A stretch of DNA of 64,000 bases from Candidatus Lustribacter sp. (GTDB lineage Bacteria > Vulcanimicrobiota > Vulcanimicrobiia > Vulcanimicrobiales > Vulcanimicrobiaceae). Below the pieces are notes generated by a model that worked only from the letters and a program-made list of their open reading frames with translations, was not told the origin of the DNA and searched no databases. Shown here piece after piece: positions 30,187-39,787 of this stretch. Numbering within the stretch: the first letter of the stretch is position 1; every line of letters starts with the position of its first letter. The stretch is from the NCBI GenBank assembly GCA_965277805.1, contig OZ255842.1, positions 32,001 to 96,000 on the forward strand. Direction: 5' to 3'. The position numbers and the translations under genes are program-made.

Positions 30187-32568
30187 GTGGGAGGTGAGGC
30201 GTTCGGTTACCCGGGCATGCGGCCAGGATGGACACACAGCAACAAATCGGGCGTGGGGACGGCATATTCGACGTCCAGCCGGCTGTGGTTCACGACCTGG
30301 AAAGGTATCGTCACCGAGGTGTCCTACCCGACCATCGACCGGCCACAGCTGCGCGACGTGCAGTACCTGATGAGCGACGGCAAGAGCTACTTTCACGAAG
30401 AGAAACGAGACCTTACGTTCGAGATCGAGCGGATCTCGGAGGAGACGCTTGGATACCGCTGCACAAACAGCGACCCCGCCGGCCGGTATACCGTAGTCAA
30501 GGACGTCATCGCGGATCCGCACCTCGCGTGCCTGCTGCAGCGCACTCGCATCACCGCACACGATCCTGCGTTCCTCGATACGCTGCACGTGTATGTGCTA
30601 TGTGCGCCGCATTTGGAGGTCGGCGGCTACGGCAACTCCGGATACGTGAAGGCCGTCAACGGCGGACGCGTGCTGATGGCAAAAAAGGGACTGACCTGGA
30701 TGGCTATGGCAGCCACCGTTCCGTTTGCCCGAACATCATGCGGTTTCGTCGGTGCGAGCGATGGCTGGACCGACCTTCACCGCAATTTCACGATGGATTG
30801 GGAGTTCGACACCGCAACCGACGGCAACGTGGCGCTGACCGCCGAGCTCGACCTCGGCACAACGAAAGAGTTCACGCTCGGAATCGCTTTTGGCGACACC
30901 GAGCATAATGCGATCGCGACACTTGTGCAGTCGTTGTCTCTTTCGTTCGACGATCAGCTCGCGACGTTCAAGGCGCAGTGGCAACAGCCATCTGCCCGCA
31001 TGGCCGACCTGGCACCGCATTCGCATGACGAGGGCAACCTCTACCGCGGCAGCTACAGTATGCTGTTGGCCCATGAGGACAAGACCTACCCGGGGGCGCT
31101 GATTGCATCGCTTACCGTTCCGTGGGGCGAAATCAAGAGCGACGACGACACGGGCGGAAACCACCTCGTGTGGACGCGCGACTTAGTCAGCAGCGTTTTG
31201 GCGCTCCTCGCAGCCGGCGATGTGCGCACGGCACTGCGTGCGCTTATCTTTCTCGCCGTCTCGCAGCACGACGACGGCGGATACGCGCAGAACTTCTGGG
31301 TGGACGGCGACGCGTACTGGAACGGGACGCAACTCGACGAGGTCGCGTTCCCGGTCATGCTGGCCTGGCGACTTTATCACATGGGCGGGCTCGCCGGCTT
31401 CGATCCGTACGAGATGGTTCGCCGGAGCGTCGGCTTTCTTATCCGCAACGGCCCGGTCACGCAACAGGAGCGCTGGGAAGAAGCGTCGGGCTATTCACCG
31501 TCCACGCTCGCGGCGAACATCGTCGCGCTGACGTGTGCGGCGTTCATTTGCCGAGCTCGCGGGGATGCGGCCACGGCCGAGTTCATCCAGGACCAAGCCG
31601 ATTACTTGGAAGACCACATCGAGGAGTGGACCGTCACGAGCACCGGCACGCTCGGCAAGGGGCCATATTACATGCGCATCCTGCCCGAGCTCGTCGGTCA
31701 GGAGAATCCCGCCGAGGACAAGGAAACGCGGATCTTGCGCATTGCCAATCGCGCTCCGGATGAGGCGGATTCGTTTCCGGCGCGCGAGGTGGTCGACGGC
31801 GGTTTTCTCGAGCTTGTCCGACACGGTATCCGCGCACCGGACGATCCCGTCGTTCTCAATACGTTGAAGATCATCGACGCGGTGCTGAAGGTCGAAACGC
31901 CTGCCGGACCGTCATGGCATCGCTACAATCACGACGGCTACGGCCAGCAACGCGACGGCGAGTCGTTCACCTCGTATGGCGTCGGCCGCGCGTGGCCGTT
32001 GCTCACCGGCGAGCGCGGCCATTACGAAGTCGCGGCGGGCCGCAGCCCGGAGGCCTACCTACGGGCGATGGAAGGGCTCGCATCGACGACGTGCCTTCTC
32101 TGCGAGCAGGTTTGGGACGAAGCCGACATACCGCAGAAATACATGCGGCTTGGCGAACCGACTGGTTCAGCTATGCCCCTCATGTGGGCGCACGCCGAGT
32201 ACGTGAAACTTCTGCGCTCGGCCGCGGATGGAAAGGTATTCGACCAGATTCCCGAGGTTGCCCAGCGCTATTTGTCCGGCGCCGGTCCTAAGAAGAAGAT
32301 GGAAGTCTGGAAGTTCAATCGGCGCGTGCGCTTCATGCGCCCGGGCGAAATGCTGCGCGTCATCTGCGAGGGACGCTTCCGGTTGCGCTGGACTTCGGAT
32401 GACTGGTCGTCGGCGCGCGATTCGGCGGCGCAAACGAACGGGCTAGGAATCAACTACGTCGATTTGGCCGAGCTCGCGACGACGTCCGGGATGATCGTCG
32501 AGTTCACGTTCTTCTGGATCGACGCCAACCGTTGGGAAGGCCGCAACTACCTTATCGCTGTCCGCTAG
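30187..32568 (+). CDS. GH15 glucoamylase/glucodextranase
   Basis: HLVWTRD, QERWEE, AWPLLTGERG, SAMPLMWAHAEY. Confidence 0.9.
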   Translation: MGGEAFGYPGMRPGWTHSNKSGVGTAYSTSSRLWFTTWKGIVTEVSYPTIDRPQLRDVQYLMSDGKSYFHEEKRDLTFEIERISEETLGYRCTNSDPAGRYTVVKDVIADPHLACLLQRTRITAHDPAFLDTLHVYVLCAPHLEVGGYGNSGYVKAVNGGRVLMAKKGLTWMAMAATVPFARTSCGFVGASDGWTDLHRNFTMDWEFDTATDGNVALTAELDLGTTKEFTLGIAFGDTEHNAIATLVQSLSLSFDDQLATFKAQWQQPSARMADLAPHSHDEGNLYRGSYSMLLAHEDKTYPGALIASLTVPWGEIKSDDDTGGNHLVWTRDLVSSVLALLAAGDVRTALRALIFLAVSQHDDGGYAQNFWVDGDAYWNGTQLDEVAFPVMLAWRLYHMGGLAGFDPYEMVRRSVGFLIRNGPVTQQERWEEASGYSPSTLAANIVALTCAAFICRARGDAATAEFIQDQADYLEDHIEEWTVTSTGTLGKGPYYMRILPELVGQENPAEDKETRILRIANRAPDEADSFPAREVVDGGFLELVRHGIRAPDDPVVLNTLKIIDAVLKVETPAGPSWHRYNHDGYGQQRDGESFTSYGVGRAWPLLTGERGHYEVAAGRSPEAYLRAMEGLASTTCLLCEQVWDEADIPQKYMRLGEPTGSAMPLMWAHAEYVKLLRSAADGKVFDQIPEVAQRYLSGAGPKKKMEVWKFNRRVRFMRPGEMLRVICEGRFRLRWTSDDWSSARDSAAQTNGLGINYVDLAELATTSGMIVEFTFFWIDANRWEGRNYLIAVR

Positions 32569-32649
32569 ATATTCAGGCTGCTAAGCCATTCTCTCGCTTC
32601 AGAATAGAGCATGGTCGTGAGGTCCTTACGATCGTCGCCCGGTAAGTCG

Positions 32650-32878
32650 CTATTGATCTTTCGCCGCCAGCGCGCGAGATCCGTTGACGCTTACGATTGC
32701 CGGCGACAAGCGGTGTTGCGAGAGCCCATCGCGGTGGATGCCTTTTGAAGCCTCGACGACCCAAGGATTGGGAATGATAGAGCTGCTTCATTTCTTCCCA
32801 GTCACCGCGGTCTCGCAGGTGCCGCTCGCGATAGACCGTGTCGGATATGGCAGCCTTGTCGATGATGCTGTTGTCCAT
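32650..32878 (-). pseudogene. SnoaL/NTF2-like protein remnant (frameshifted, truncated)
   Basis: DKAAISDTVYRER..RDRGDWEEM in one frame, VEASK..SQHRLSPAIVSVNGSRALA-stop in another. Confidence 0.65.
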
Positions 32879-33625
32879 TTATCTATCGCTCGCTAGACCG
32901 GCCGGCGCGCTCGCCGGAAAGGTAACGTTGCTGGTTCGATAGTCGAACGATCCGGAGTACGTGATAAACGCAACGCGGAACGTAAACGATGTCCACGCGT
33001 GCGAGATCACGTCGATTCCATCCACGACGGAATAATCGATCGTAAACATGGGCCGCGTCACCAATCCCGACACGGCCAGGCGCGCTTGCAGGACCGTGCG
33101 TAGCGGCAATGACGTCTCGCGATCCAGATAGAGTTCGCGCAGCGTATGGCGCTCCGGATCGAACCGGGGCACGAGGAGCAGATGATCCGCACGGCCGCCA
33201 AATACGGCATCGTCGGCCACGGTCACATCGTACGGATGCGCCACCGACGTCACGCGTCCGATCTCGGCCGGACCGCCGGTGTCGGTCGGCTCGGGCGCAT
33301 CGAGCATCGAGGGCGCGGCCGTCGTGCGGTAGTGATAGAGCCCGACGAGCGCAATCGGCGCGACGCCGTACGGCGGCCGGTTTGCAACGTGCGGCGGCGT
33401 CTTCGTGCCCGCGTCGTCGAGCGAACGCACGATGGCCGCTCCGTCGCCCGTGCGCAGCACGATGTGGTCGTTCTCGCGCTCCGTCACGCCGCGATGCACG
33501 AACACCAAATGCATGTCGTATTCGACGTACGGCGGTACGCGCTCGGCCTGCGCCGCCGCGTACGCGCGATCGTAGAGTTCCAACGGCGAAGCCGCAACGG
33601 CCGCCGCGAGAAGAAGCCCGAGCAC
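32879..33625 (-). CDS. Secreted hypothetical protein (possible LolA-like beta fold)
   Basis: Short signal VLGLLLAAAVAA; beta-rich, ELYLDRETSLPLR; fold is a guess. Confidence 0.6.
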   Translation of the reverse strand: MLGLLLAAAVAASPLELYDRAYAAAQAERVPPYVEYDMHLVFVHRGVTERENDHIVLRTGDGAAIVRSLDDAGTKTPPHVANRPPYGVAPIALVGLYHYRTTAAPSMLDAPEPTDTGGPAEIGRVTSVAHPYDVTVADDAVFGGRADHLLLVPRFDPERHTLRELYLDRETSLPLRTVLQARLAVSGLVTRPMFTIDYSVVDGIDVISHAWTSFTFRVAFITYSGSFDYRTSNVTFPASAPAGLASDR

Positions 33626-33632
33626 GTTAAAG

Positions 33633-33660
33633 GGCGGTCCCTCGACAAGCTCGGGATGAC
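33633..33660 (+). repeat. REP-like intergenic repeat, copy 1
   Basis: GGCGGTCCCTCGACAAGCTCGGGATGAC; exact reverse complement at 62343-62370. Confidence 0.88.
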
Positions 33661-33666
33661 ATGTCT

Positions 33667-34617
33667 CTAGACCAAGCCGGGTCCGAAGAGATCGGCGGCC
33701 GAGAAACCGTGTGCGAGGAACGTGTATTTCGCGAGCATGTCGACGACCGGCTGGATCAGACCGGGGCTGTTCGACTCGGCGAACGCAAGGCGCGGATAGC
33801 CGGCAATGATCGCCGGGTCGACCTTCGTGAACGTAGCGAGCATCGTCGCGGCTTCGCCGAAGTTCTTCGGGTTGTTGGCCCACTTCGCGGCTTCGTGGAT
33901 CGCGGCCGCGAGCTTCTTACCGGTGGCCGCATTCTTCGCGAGCCACTCCTTGGATGCAGCGATGCCGAGCGTCTGGAACGGCTTGTTGCCGTTGACCGCC
34001 GAGTAATTGTAGCCGAGATTGCTCAGGTCGTTCTTTGAAGCGGTGAAGAACGGCTCGACGATTGCGCCGCCGTCGATGCGTTTGGCCACGATCGCGCCGG
34101 CCATCTGCGGCGGCGGCATTTCGATGAACTTAATCGTCTTCCAATCGCCGCCGTTCTGATCGATCCACGCGAGCACCGTGCCTTGGATCATGTCGTGTAG
34201 CGTCGAGACCGCGAACGTCTTGCCGTTGAGATCCTTGGCCGTCGTCAGACCGCTCTCTTTGCCGACGGCGAGGTGCGAGATCGGAGAGCGTGGCGCGTAC
34301 GTGGCGCCGCAGGCCAGCATCTGCAGCGGCAGGCCTTGGATGTAGGCCGCCGACATCGAGCCGCTGTTCGTGACGCCCACATCGAGCGCGTTGCCGAGGA
34401 TGCCTTGCGTGACCGAGCCGCCGTTGGGCAGCACGGTCAACTGCACGTCGAGGCCGGCCGCCTTGAAGATGCCCTTCTCTTGCGCGTAGTACGGCAGCGC
34501 GGCTTCCTCGACGCCGACGACGCCCATGCGAACGGTCGTGGCGCTCTGCGCGCGAGCGGGCAAAGTCGAGGCGGCGAGCGCGGCGCCGGAGACGGCGATC
34601 ATGGCGGAACGTTTCAT
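33667..34617 (-). CDS. ABC substrate-binding protein, NMT1/SsuA-like (paralog 1)
   Basis: YAQEKGIFKAAGLDV; KDLNGKTFAV; signal MKRS..ARAQ. Confidence 0.88.
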   Translation of the reverse strand: MKRSAMIAVSGAALAASTLPARAQSATTVRMGVVGVEEAALPYYAQEKGIFKAAGLDVQLTVLPNGGSVTQGILGNALDVGVTNSGSMSAAYIQGLPLQMLACGATYAPRSPISHLAVGKESGLTTAKDLNGKTFAVSTLHDMIQGTVLAWIDQNGGDWKTIKFIEMPPPQMAGAIVAKRIDGGAIVEPFFTASKNDLSNLGYNYSAVNGNKPFQTLGIAASKEWLAKNAATGKKLAAAIHEAAKWANNPKNFGEAATMLATFTKVDPAIIAGYPRLAFAESNSPGLIQPVVDMLAKYTFLAHGFSAADLFGPGLV

Positions 34618-34620
34618 ATT

Positions 34621-35571
34621 TTAGAGTGCTCCTGGGGCGAAGAGTTCGGTGGCGATAAAGCGTTGCGGCAAGATCTGATAGCGTACCATCAGATCGATGA
34701 CGGGTTGCACGTATGCCGCGCTGTTCGATTCGGCAAACACGATGCGCGGAATGCCGGCGACGACGGCCGGTTCCATCTTCGTGACGGCGGCGAGGATGTC
34801 GGCGACTTCGGCGTGGTTCTTGGGATTGTTCGCCCACTTCGCCGTGTCGTGGATGACGGCCGCGAAGCGTTTGACCAGCGCCGGGTTCTTATCGCCGAAG
34901 TTCTTGTTGCAGATGACGCCGAGCGTTTGGAACGGTTTGCCGCCGGCAACCGCGCTGTACGGCTGCCCGAGGTCCTGCACGTCGTTGCGCGCGCCGGCGA
35001 AGATCGGTTCGACGATCGCGGCTCCGTCGATACGCCGCGCGAGAATCGCGGCCGGCATTTGGGCGGCGGTCAGTTCGGTGAAGTTCACGGCCTTCGAATC
35101 GCCGCCGTTGCGATCGATCCATGCGAGCACCGACGCTTGCACCATGTCGTGCAGCGTGGTCACGGCGAGCGTCTTTCCGGCGAGGTCCTTGGCGTTCTTG
35201 ATGCCGAGCGTTTTGTTAACGGCGAGGTGCGCGATTGGTTCGCCAGGCGTATAGAGCGCGCCGCAGGCGAGGAGATAGACATCGGCGCCGTGCGCGTGCG
35301 CGGAAGCGAGCGAGCCGCTGTTCGTCGCGCCGACATCGATTGCGCCGCCGAGCACCGCTTGCGTGACGGCGCCGCCGCCCGAGAACGATTGAAATTCGAC
35401 GTTGAGTCCGGCGGCCTTGAAGAAGCCTTTCTGCGCCGCGTACGTCGGCAGCATGCCTTCCTCGACGCCGACGGCCGCGCAACGGATCACCGGGGCATCG
35501 CTTTGGGCGGATACCACGCTTGGTGCGCTTACCGCAGAGGCCGTCAAAGCCAGCATTCGCGATCGCTTCAT
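34621..35571 (-). CDS. ABC substrate-binding protein, NMT1/SsuA-like (paralog 2)
   Basis: YAAQKGFFKAAGLNV; KDLAGKTLAV; signal MKRS..VSAQ. Confidence 0.88.
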   Translation of the reverse strand: MKRSRMLALTASAVSAPSVVSAQSDAPVIRCAAVGVEEGMLPTYAAQKGFFKAAGLNVEFQSFSGGGAVTQAVLGGAIDVGATNSGSLASAHAHGADVYLLACGALYTPGEPIAHLAVNKTLGIKNAKDLAGKTLAVTTLHDMVQASVLAWIDRNGGDSKAVNFTELTAAQMPAAILARRIDGAAIVEPIFAGARNDVQDLGQPYSAVAGGKPFQTLGVICNKNFGDKNPALVKRFAAVIHDTAKWANNPKNHAEVADILAAVTKMEPAVVAGIPRIVFAESNSAAYVQPVIDLMVRYQILPQRFIATELFAPGAL

Positions 35572-35621
35572 GCTGGAGGATATCTGCAGCACCTCGGGCC
35601 TTCCTTGTAGAAACGATCCGC

Positions 35622-36953
35622 GTGCTAACCGAGGAGCAAAATCGCCGTTTGACCCAAGTCGGCCGCGGCACCCCGATGGGCGAGCTGCTGCGCCGTTACT
35701 GGATGCCGATCGCTGCCGAGGACGAGTTCGACCGCAACCCGATCAAAGCGGTCCGCTTGATGGGCGAAGACCTCGTGCTCTACCGCGACATGGCGGGCAC
35801 GTACGGCCTCGTCGACCGGCACTGTCCGCACCGCCGCGCCGATCTGTCGTACGGCTTCGTCGAGAACTGCGGCATCCGATGCAACTACCACGGCTGGAAC
35901 TTCGATGAAACGGGCCGCTGCATCGAGCAGCCGTTCGAAGACATCGCGAATCCCGACGCGCATTTCCGCGACAAGGTTCGTATCACGGCGTATCCGGTCG
36001 AAACGAAGGGCGGCATGGTGTGGGCGTACCTCGGCCCGCAGCCGGCGCCGCTCGTTCCCAACTACGAGCCGTTCATGTGGAAGAACGGCTTCGTGCAGAT
36101 CGTGTTCGCGACGATCCCGTGCAACTGGCTACAGTGTCAGGAGAACTCGATCGATCCCGTCCACTTCGAGTGGATGCACCGTAACTGGACCGTACGCTTG
36201 GGCGGCGAACTCGGTCCGTATGGTAAGAAACACGTGCGCGTCGGGTTCGATGAATTCGATCACGGCTTCGTGTACAAGCGATTGGTCGAGGGGATGGATG
36301 AGTCGCACGAGCGCTGGCAGACGGGCCGCATCTGTCTGTGGCCCAACGGCCTCGGGCCGCTGAGTCATACCGAATATCGCGTGCCGATCGATGATGAAAA
36401 CACGCTGAGCGTGACCTGGCACTTCACGCGCGTGCCGAAAGAACGCGAGCCCTACGTGCAGACGACGATCCCTTCGTGGGAAGGGCCGATCCTCGATCCG
36501 CGCAGCGGCCGCTGGGTCACGAGCCACATCATGAACCAAGACTTCATCGCGTGGGTCGGTCAGGGCACGATCGCCGATCGCACGCAAGAACATCTCGGCA
36601 CGAGCGATCGCGGCATCATCGCGATGCGCAAACGCTTCGTCGACGACATGGAACGCATCGAACGTGGCGAGGATCCCAAAGGCATCGTGCGCGACCCGGC
36701 CGCGAACGAGTGCATCATGATGCCCATCATCGAGCGCGAACTCTACACCGACGGCTTGCCGCTCGCGGAAATGCTAGCTGATCCGGCAATTGATCCGCGC
36801 CGCGACTACCGTTTCCAAATCGGCCAGCCCGCGGCCGTGCGCCGCGCCTACCTCGAAGCGATGGGCCTCGATCCCGACGACGCCGAGCTCAAACCCGGCG
36901 CCGCGCTCCTCACCGCCGAAGCCGCCCAAGCCAGCCGCCGCATCTGGACGTAA
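35622..36953 (+). CDS. Rieske aromatic ring-hydroxylating oxygenase alpha subunit (phthalate 4,5-dioxygenase-like)
   Basis: GTPMGELLRRYW; CPHR..CNYHGW; ENSIDPVHFEWMH; QD. Confidence 0.92.
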   Translation: MLTEEQNRRLTQVGRGTPMGELLRRYWMPIAAEDEFDRNPIKAVRLMGEDLVLYRDMAGTYGLVDRHCPHRRADLSYGFVENCGIRCNYHGWNFDETGRCIEQPFEDIANPDAHFRDKVRITAYPVETKGGMVWAYLGPQPAPLVPNYEPFMWKNGFVQIVFATIPCNWLQCQENSIDPVHFEWMHRNWTVRLGGELGPYGKKHVRVGFDEFDHGFVYKRLVEGMDESHERWQTGRICLWPNGLGPLSHTEYRVPIDDENTLSVTWHFTRVPKEREPYVQTTIPSWEGPILDPRSGRWVTSHIMNQDFIAWVGQGTIADRTQEHLGTSDRGIIAMRKRFVDDMERIERGEDPKGIVRDPAANECIMMPIIERELYTDGLPLAEMLADPAIDPRRDYRFQIGQPAAVRRAYLEAMGLDPDDAELKPGAALLTAEAAQASRRIWT

Positions 36954-36986
36954 TCGCAGGCTGGTCAAGGTGACGTCGTTTTGTCA

Positions 36987-37030
36987 TGTCATTCCTCGTC
37001 GACGCGCCTTCGGCGCTGCTCGGAATGACA
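36987..37030. repeat. Palindromic REP-like hairpin between convergent genes
   Basis: TGTCATTCC..GGAATGACA arms; shares GCTCGGRATGAC end with 33633 repeat. Confidence 0.65.
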
Positions 37031-37032
37031 GC

Positions 37033-37668
37033 TTAGGCCAGGAACGGGTTTGTGGTGCGTTCCGTGCCGATTGTGGTTGATGGGCCGTGGCCGCAGATGA
37101 CGTTTGCTTCGTCGGGGTAGATGAAGAGTTTGGTGCGGATTGAGTCGACGATGTCTTCGAGTGACGTTCCGCCGAGGTCCCAGCGGCCGACGCCGCCGCG
37201 AAAGAGGGTGTCGCCGGTGAAGAGCGTCGTCGCGCCGCTGTGGTCGAAGGCGAACGACGTGCTGCCGGGCGTGTGGCCCGGCGTGTGTATCGCGCGCAAC
37301 GTCACCGCGCCCGCGCGCAGCTCGTCGCCGTCGGTGATGTCGCCGTCGAGCGCGACCGGCTCGATCGAACCGGGCAGGCCGATCATGCGAAATTGCTGCG
37401 CGAGCGATGCATAGAGCGGCCGCTCGGCGTGGTGCAAGAGGCCGGCGCCGCCGACGCGTTCGCGCAGCGGCCCGAGCGCGCCGATGTGATCGAAGTGCGC
37501 GTGCGTGTGCAGCAGATAGCGCGGACGCAGACCGTGCCGCGCGAGCCGCGCGGCGATCGTGTCGACATCGTCACCGCCGTCGATGACGATCGCTTCGCCG
37601 CTTTCCGGGTCGCCCAGAATCGTGCAATTGCACGCCAGCATGCCGACCGGGAAGGTCTCGACGATCAC
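37033..37668 (-). CDS. MBL-fold metallo-hydrolase (glyoxalase II-like)
   Basis: HTHAHFDH, HTPGHTPG, FTGDTLF, GHG. Confidence 0.93.
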   Translation of the reverse strand: MIVETFPVGMLACNCTILGDPESGEAIVIDGGDDVDTIAARLARHGLRPRYLLHTHAHFDHIGALGPLRERVGGAGLLHHAERPLYASLAQQFRMIGLPGSIEPVALDGDITDGDELRAGAVTLRAIHTPGHTPGSTSFAFDHSGATTLFTGDTLFRGGVGRWDLGGTSLEDIVDSIRTKLFIYPDEANVICGHGPSTTIGTERTTNPFLA

Positions 37669-38147
37669 AAGTCGATCTTGAAATCCCGATACGCGCGGTC
37701 GAAGTAGCCGAGCGGCGCGCCTTCGCGTTCGCCGGCTTCGAGCACGTTGCCGATGAAGATCGTGTGCGTGCCGGAGTTCAGCTCTTCATCGACCTTGCAG
37801 TCGAAGTAGGCGAGCACGCCGTCGAGGATCGGCGATCCGCTGGGACCCGAGCGGTGCACGACGTCCTTGAAGCGCTCGTGCGGTTCGCCGCCCTGGAACT
37901 TTTCGGCCAGCGCCTTTTGCTCGAGCGCCAAGATGTTCACGCAGAAGCCGCCCGAGTCGGTGATGATCGGATGCGCGCGCGCGGTGCGGTTCACGCAGAT
38001 CAGCACGGTCGGCGGTTCGGCCGTGACGCTCGCGAACGCGTTGACGGTGAAGCCGTGAATGGCATCGCCGTTGCGGGTGGTAACAATGGTGACGCCGGTT
38101 GCGAACCGGCGGTTAGCGGCCTTGAAGGCCTCAATCGATACGGGCAC
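37665..38147 (-). CDS. Flavin reductase family protein
   Basis: FATGVTIVT, SVTAEPP, GTHTIFIG; start uncertain. Confidence 0.92.
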   Translation of the reverse strand: MPVSIEAFKAANRRFATGVTIVTTRNGDAIHGFTVNAFASVTAEPPTVLICVNRTARAHPIITDSGGFCVNILALEQKALAEKFQGGEPHERFKDVVHRSGPSGSPILDGVLAYFDCKVDEELNSGTHTIFIGNVLEAGEREGAPLGYFDRAYRDFKIDL

Positions 38148-38757
38148 CGATTCCCAATCCATCTCCGATCGGAACGATCGTCGCGTCAAGTTGCGGGTGG
38201 TTGATAAATGTCTTGCTGAAGGCGCGTAACGCCTTCAAGTCGGCTGAATCCCCGGCGGAAGGCTCCTCCGCGGCGTGCCCGCCCCAGAGCAGGTTGTCGA
38301 CCACGATCAGGCCCGAGCGTTTGAGCATCGGAACGCACAGTTCGAGATAGTCTTCGTATTCGGTCTTGATCGCGTCGATGAACACGATGTCGAGGTTACG
38401 CTGGTAGAACGACGGCAATACTTCGAGTGCGGGCTGGTTGATGATCTCGACCGCGTCGAGCTTGCCGGCGCGCTCGAGGTAGCCGGCGGCGATTTGCGTC
38501 CGCTCGGTATCCGGGTCGATGGTCCAGATATGGCCGGCCGGCGGCAGGGCCAGCGCCATCCAGAGGGTTGAGTAGCCGTAGGCCGTGCCGAGCTCGAGGA
38601 TCCGGTTGGCCTGCATGCAGTGGACCAGCACGGAGAGCATCTGTCCGACCGGCCGATCGACGATCGGGATCCCGTCGTAGGTCCCTTGCTGTTCGCATTC
38701 GAGGAGCAGTGGCGGCGGTTCGCGATGCAGCCGTGTCAGATAAGCGAGATCGCGCAC
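38131..38757 (-). CDS. O-methyltransferase (caffeoyl-CoA OMT-like)
   Basis: ILELGTAYGYS, FIDAIK, VDNLLW, GDGL. Confidence 0.92.
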   Translation of the reverse strand: MRDLAYLTRLHREPPPLLLECEQQGTYDGIPIVDRPVGQMLSVLVHCMQANRILELGTAYGYSTLWMALALPPAGHIWTIDPDTERTQIAAGYLERAGKLDAVEIINQPALEVLPSFYQRNLDIVFIDAIKTEYEDYLELCVPMLKRSGLIVVDNLLWGGHAAEEPSAGDSADLKALRAFSKTFINHPQLDATIVPIGDGLGIGARID

Positions 38758-38886
38758 GCCCAATGTTTGCCGTGCGCACAAACCGGGAACCTGCCAGGGC
38801 ATCACGGGGGAGGTGCCCCTCTCGTCGAATGCAGGCAAACCGCGCACCGCATCCAGGAGGTTGCTACGGGCTCGACGCGTCTGCGA

Positions 38887-39582
38887 ATGTTTCCGCTCAA
38901 TACCGTCCTCTTTCCGGGAGCGGCGCTGAATTTGCATATCTTCGAACCGCGCTACCGGCAACTGGTCGCGGAATGTCTCGACACGAAAGAAGCGTTCGGC
39001 GTCGTGTTGATTCGCGAAGGCGATGAGGCGGGCGATCCGGACGTGCAACCGCACGTGGTCGGAACGACGGCCGAGATCGCCGACGTGACGCCGCTGCCGT
39101 CGGGACGCTATTACTTGAGCAGCACCGGCGGCCGGCGGTTCCGCATCAACGAGATCGTAAGCCGCGAGCCGTATCTGTTGTGCGAGGTCGAGTTTCTCGA
39201 CGAGGCGCCGGGCGATCCCGGTGCGATCGAGCGCCTCACCACGGAGATCACCGAAGAATTCCGCGAATATCAGAGCCTGATCGTCGAGTTCTCGGGCAAC
39301 CCGGCCGACGTTGCGATCCCCGCCGACCCGGTCCGCGCGTCGTACGCGATCGGCGAGGCGCTGCAAGTCGCGGACGCGCTCAAACAGCAACTGCTCGAAC
39401 TGGGCAGCGCCGAAGAGCGGCTCGACGCGGAACTCGGCTTCCTGCGGCGGCTGCTGCCGCAGCTGCGCTCGTTACTCGAGCGCAAGAAGGAGCGCGAAGC
39501 GCCCGAGAGCAGCGCCGCGCCGGGCGGCGGCTTCCGGACCCACCAAGAGAAGTTCTTCGGGAAGCACTTTAGCAACAATTAG
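38887..39582 (+). CDS. Lon N-terminal substrate-binding domain protein
   Basis: MFPLNTVLFPG..LHIFEPRY; KQQLLE..ERL; start approximate. Confidence 0.88.
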   Translation: MFPLNTVLFPGAALNLHIFEPRYRQLVAECLDTKEAFGVVLIREGDEAGDPDVQPHVVGTTAEIADVTPLPSGRYYLSSTGGRRFRINEIVSREPYLLCEVEFLDEAPGDPGAIERLTTEITEEFREYQSLIVEFSGNPADVAIPADPVRASYAIGEALQVADALKQQLLELGSAEERLDAELGFLRRLLPQLRSLLERKKEREAPESSAAPGGGFRTHQEKFFGKHFSNN

Positions 39583-39688
39583 GGCTGGAAGCGCACGGTC
39601 GGGTTGCCCACCGGGGGAATTCCCGAAAGGGCGCGAAACTTTTTTCCAAGAGGCTCGCTTGCAGTGTGCAGCGAGCGGGAGGAAATGA

Positions 39689-39784
39689 GTGAAAAACCCA
39701 CTGGATTCGTTGACCGGGACCATTACATGTGGCCTGATCATCACGGTCGTCTTATACGTCATCGTGAAAATGACGGGGGCCTAA
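39689..39784 (+). CDS. Small 31-aa single-TM protein MKNPLDSLTGTITCGLIITVVLYVIVKMTGA
   Basis: GGGAGG SD 6 nt before GTG; hydrophobic helix; ends 3 nt before next ATG. Confidence 0.7.
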   Translation: MKNPLDSLTGTITCGLIITVVLYVIVKMTGA

Positions 39785-39787
39785 GCC

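Noticed and set aside
39610-39645. c-di-GMP riboswitch (CCC-GAAA-GGG hairpin)
   Set aside because: Lacks the rest of the GEMM consensus
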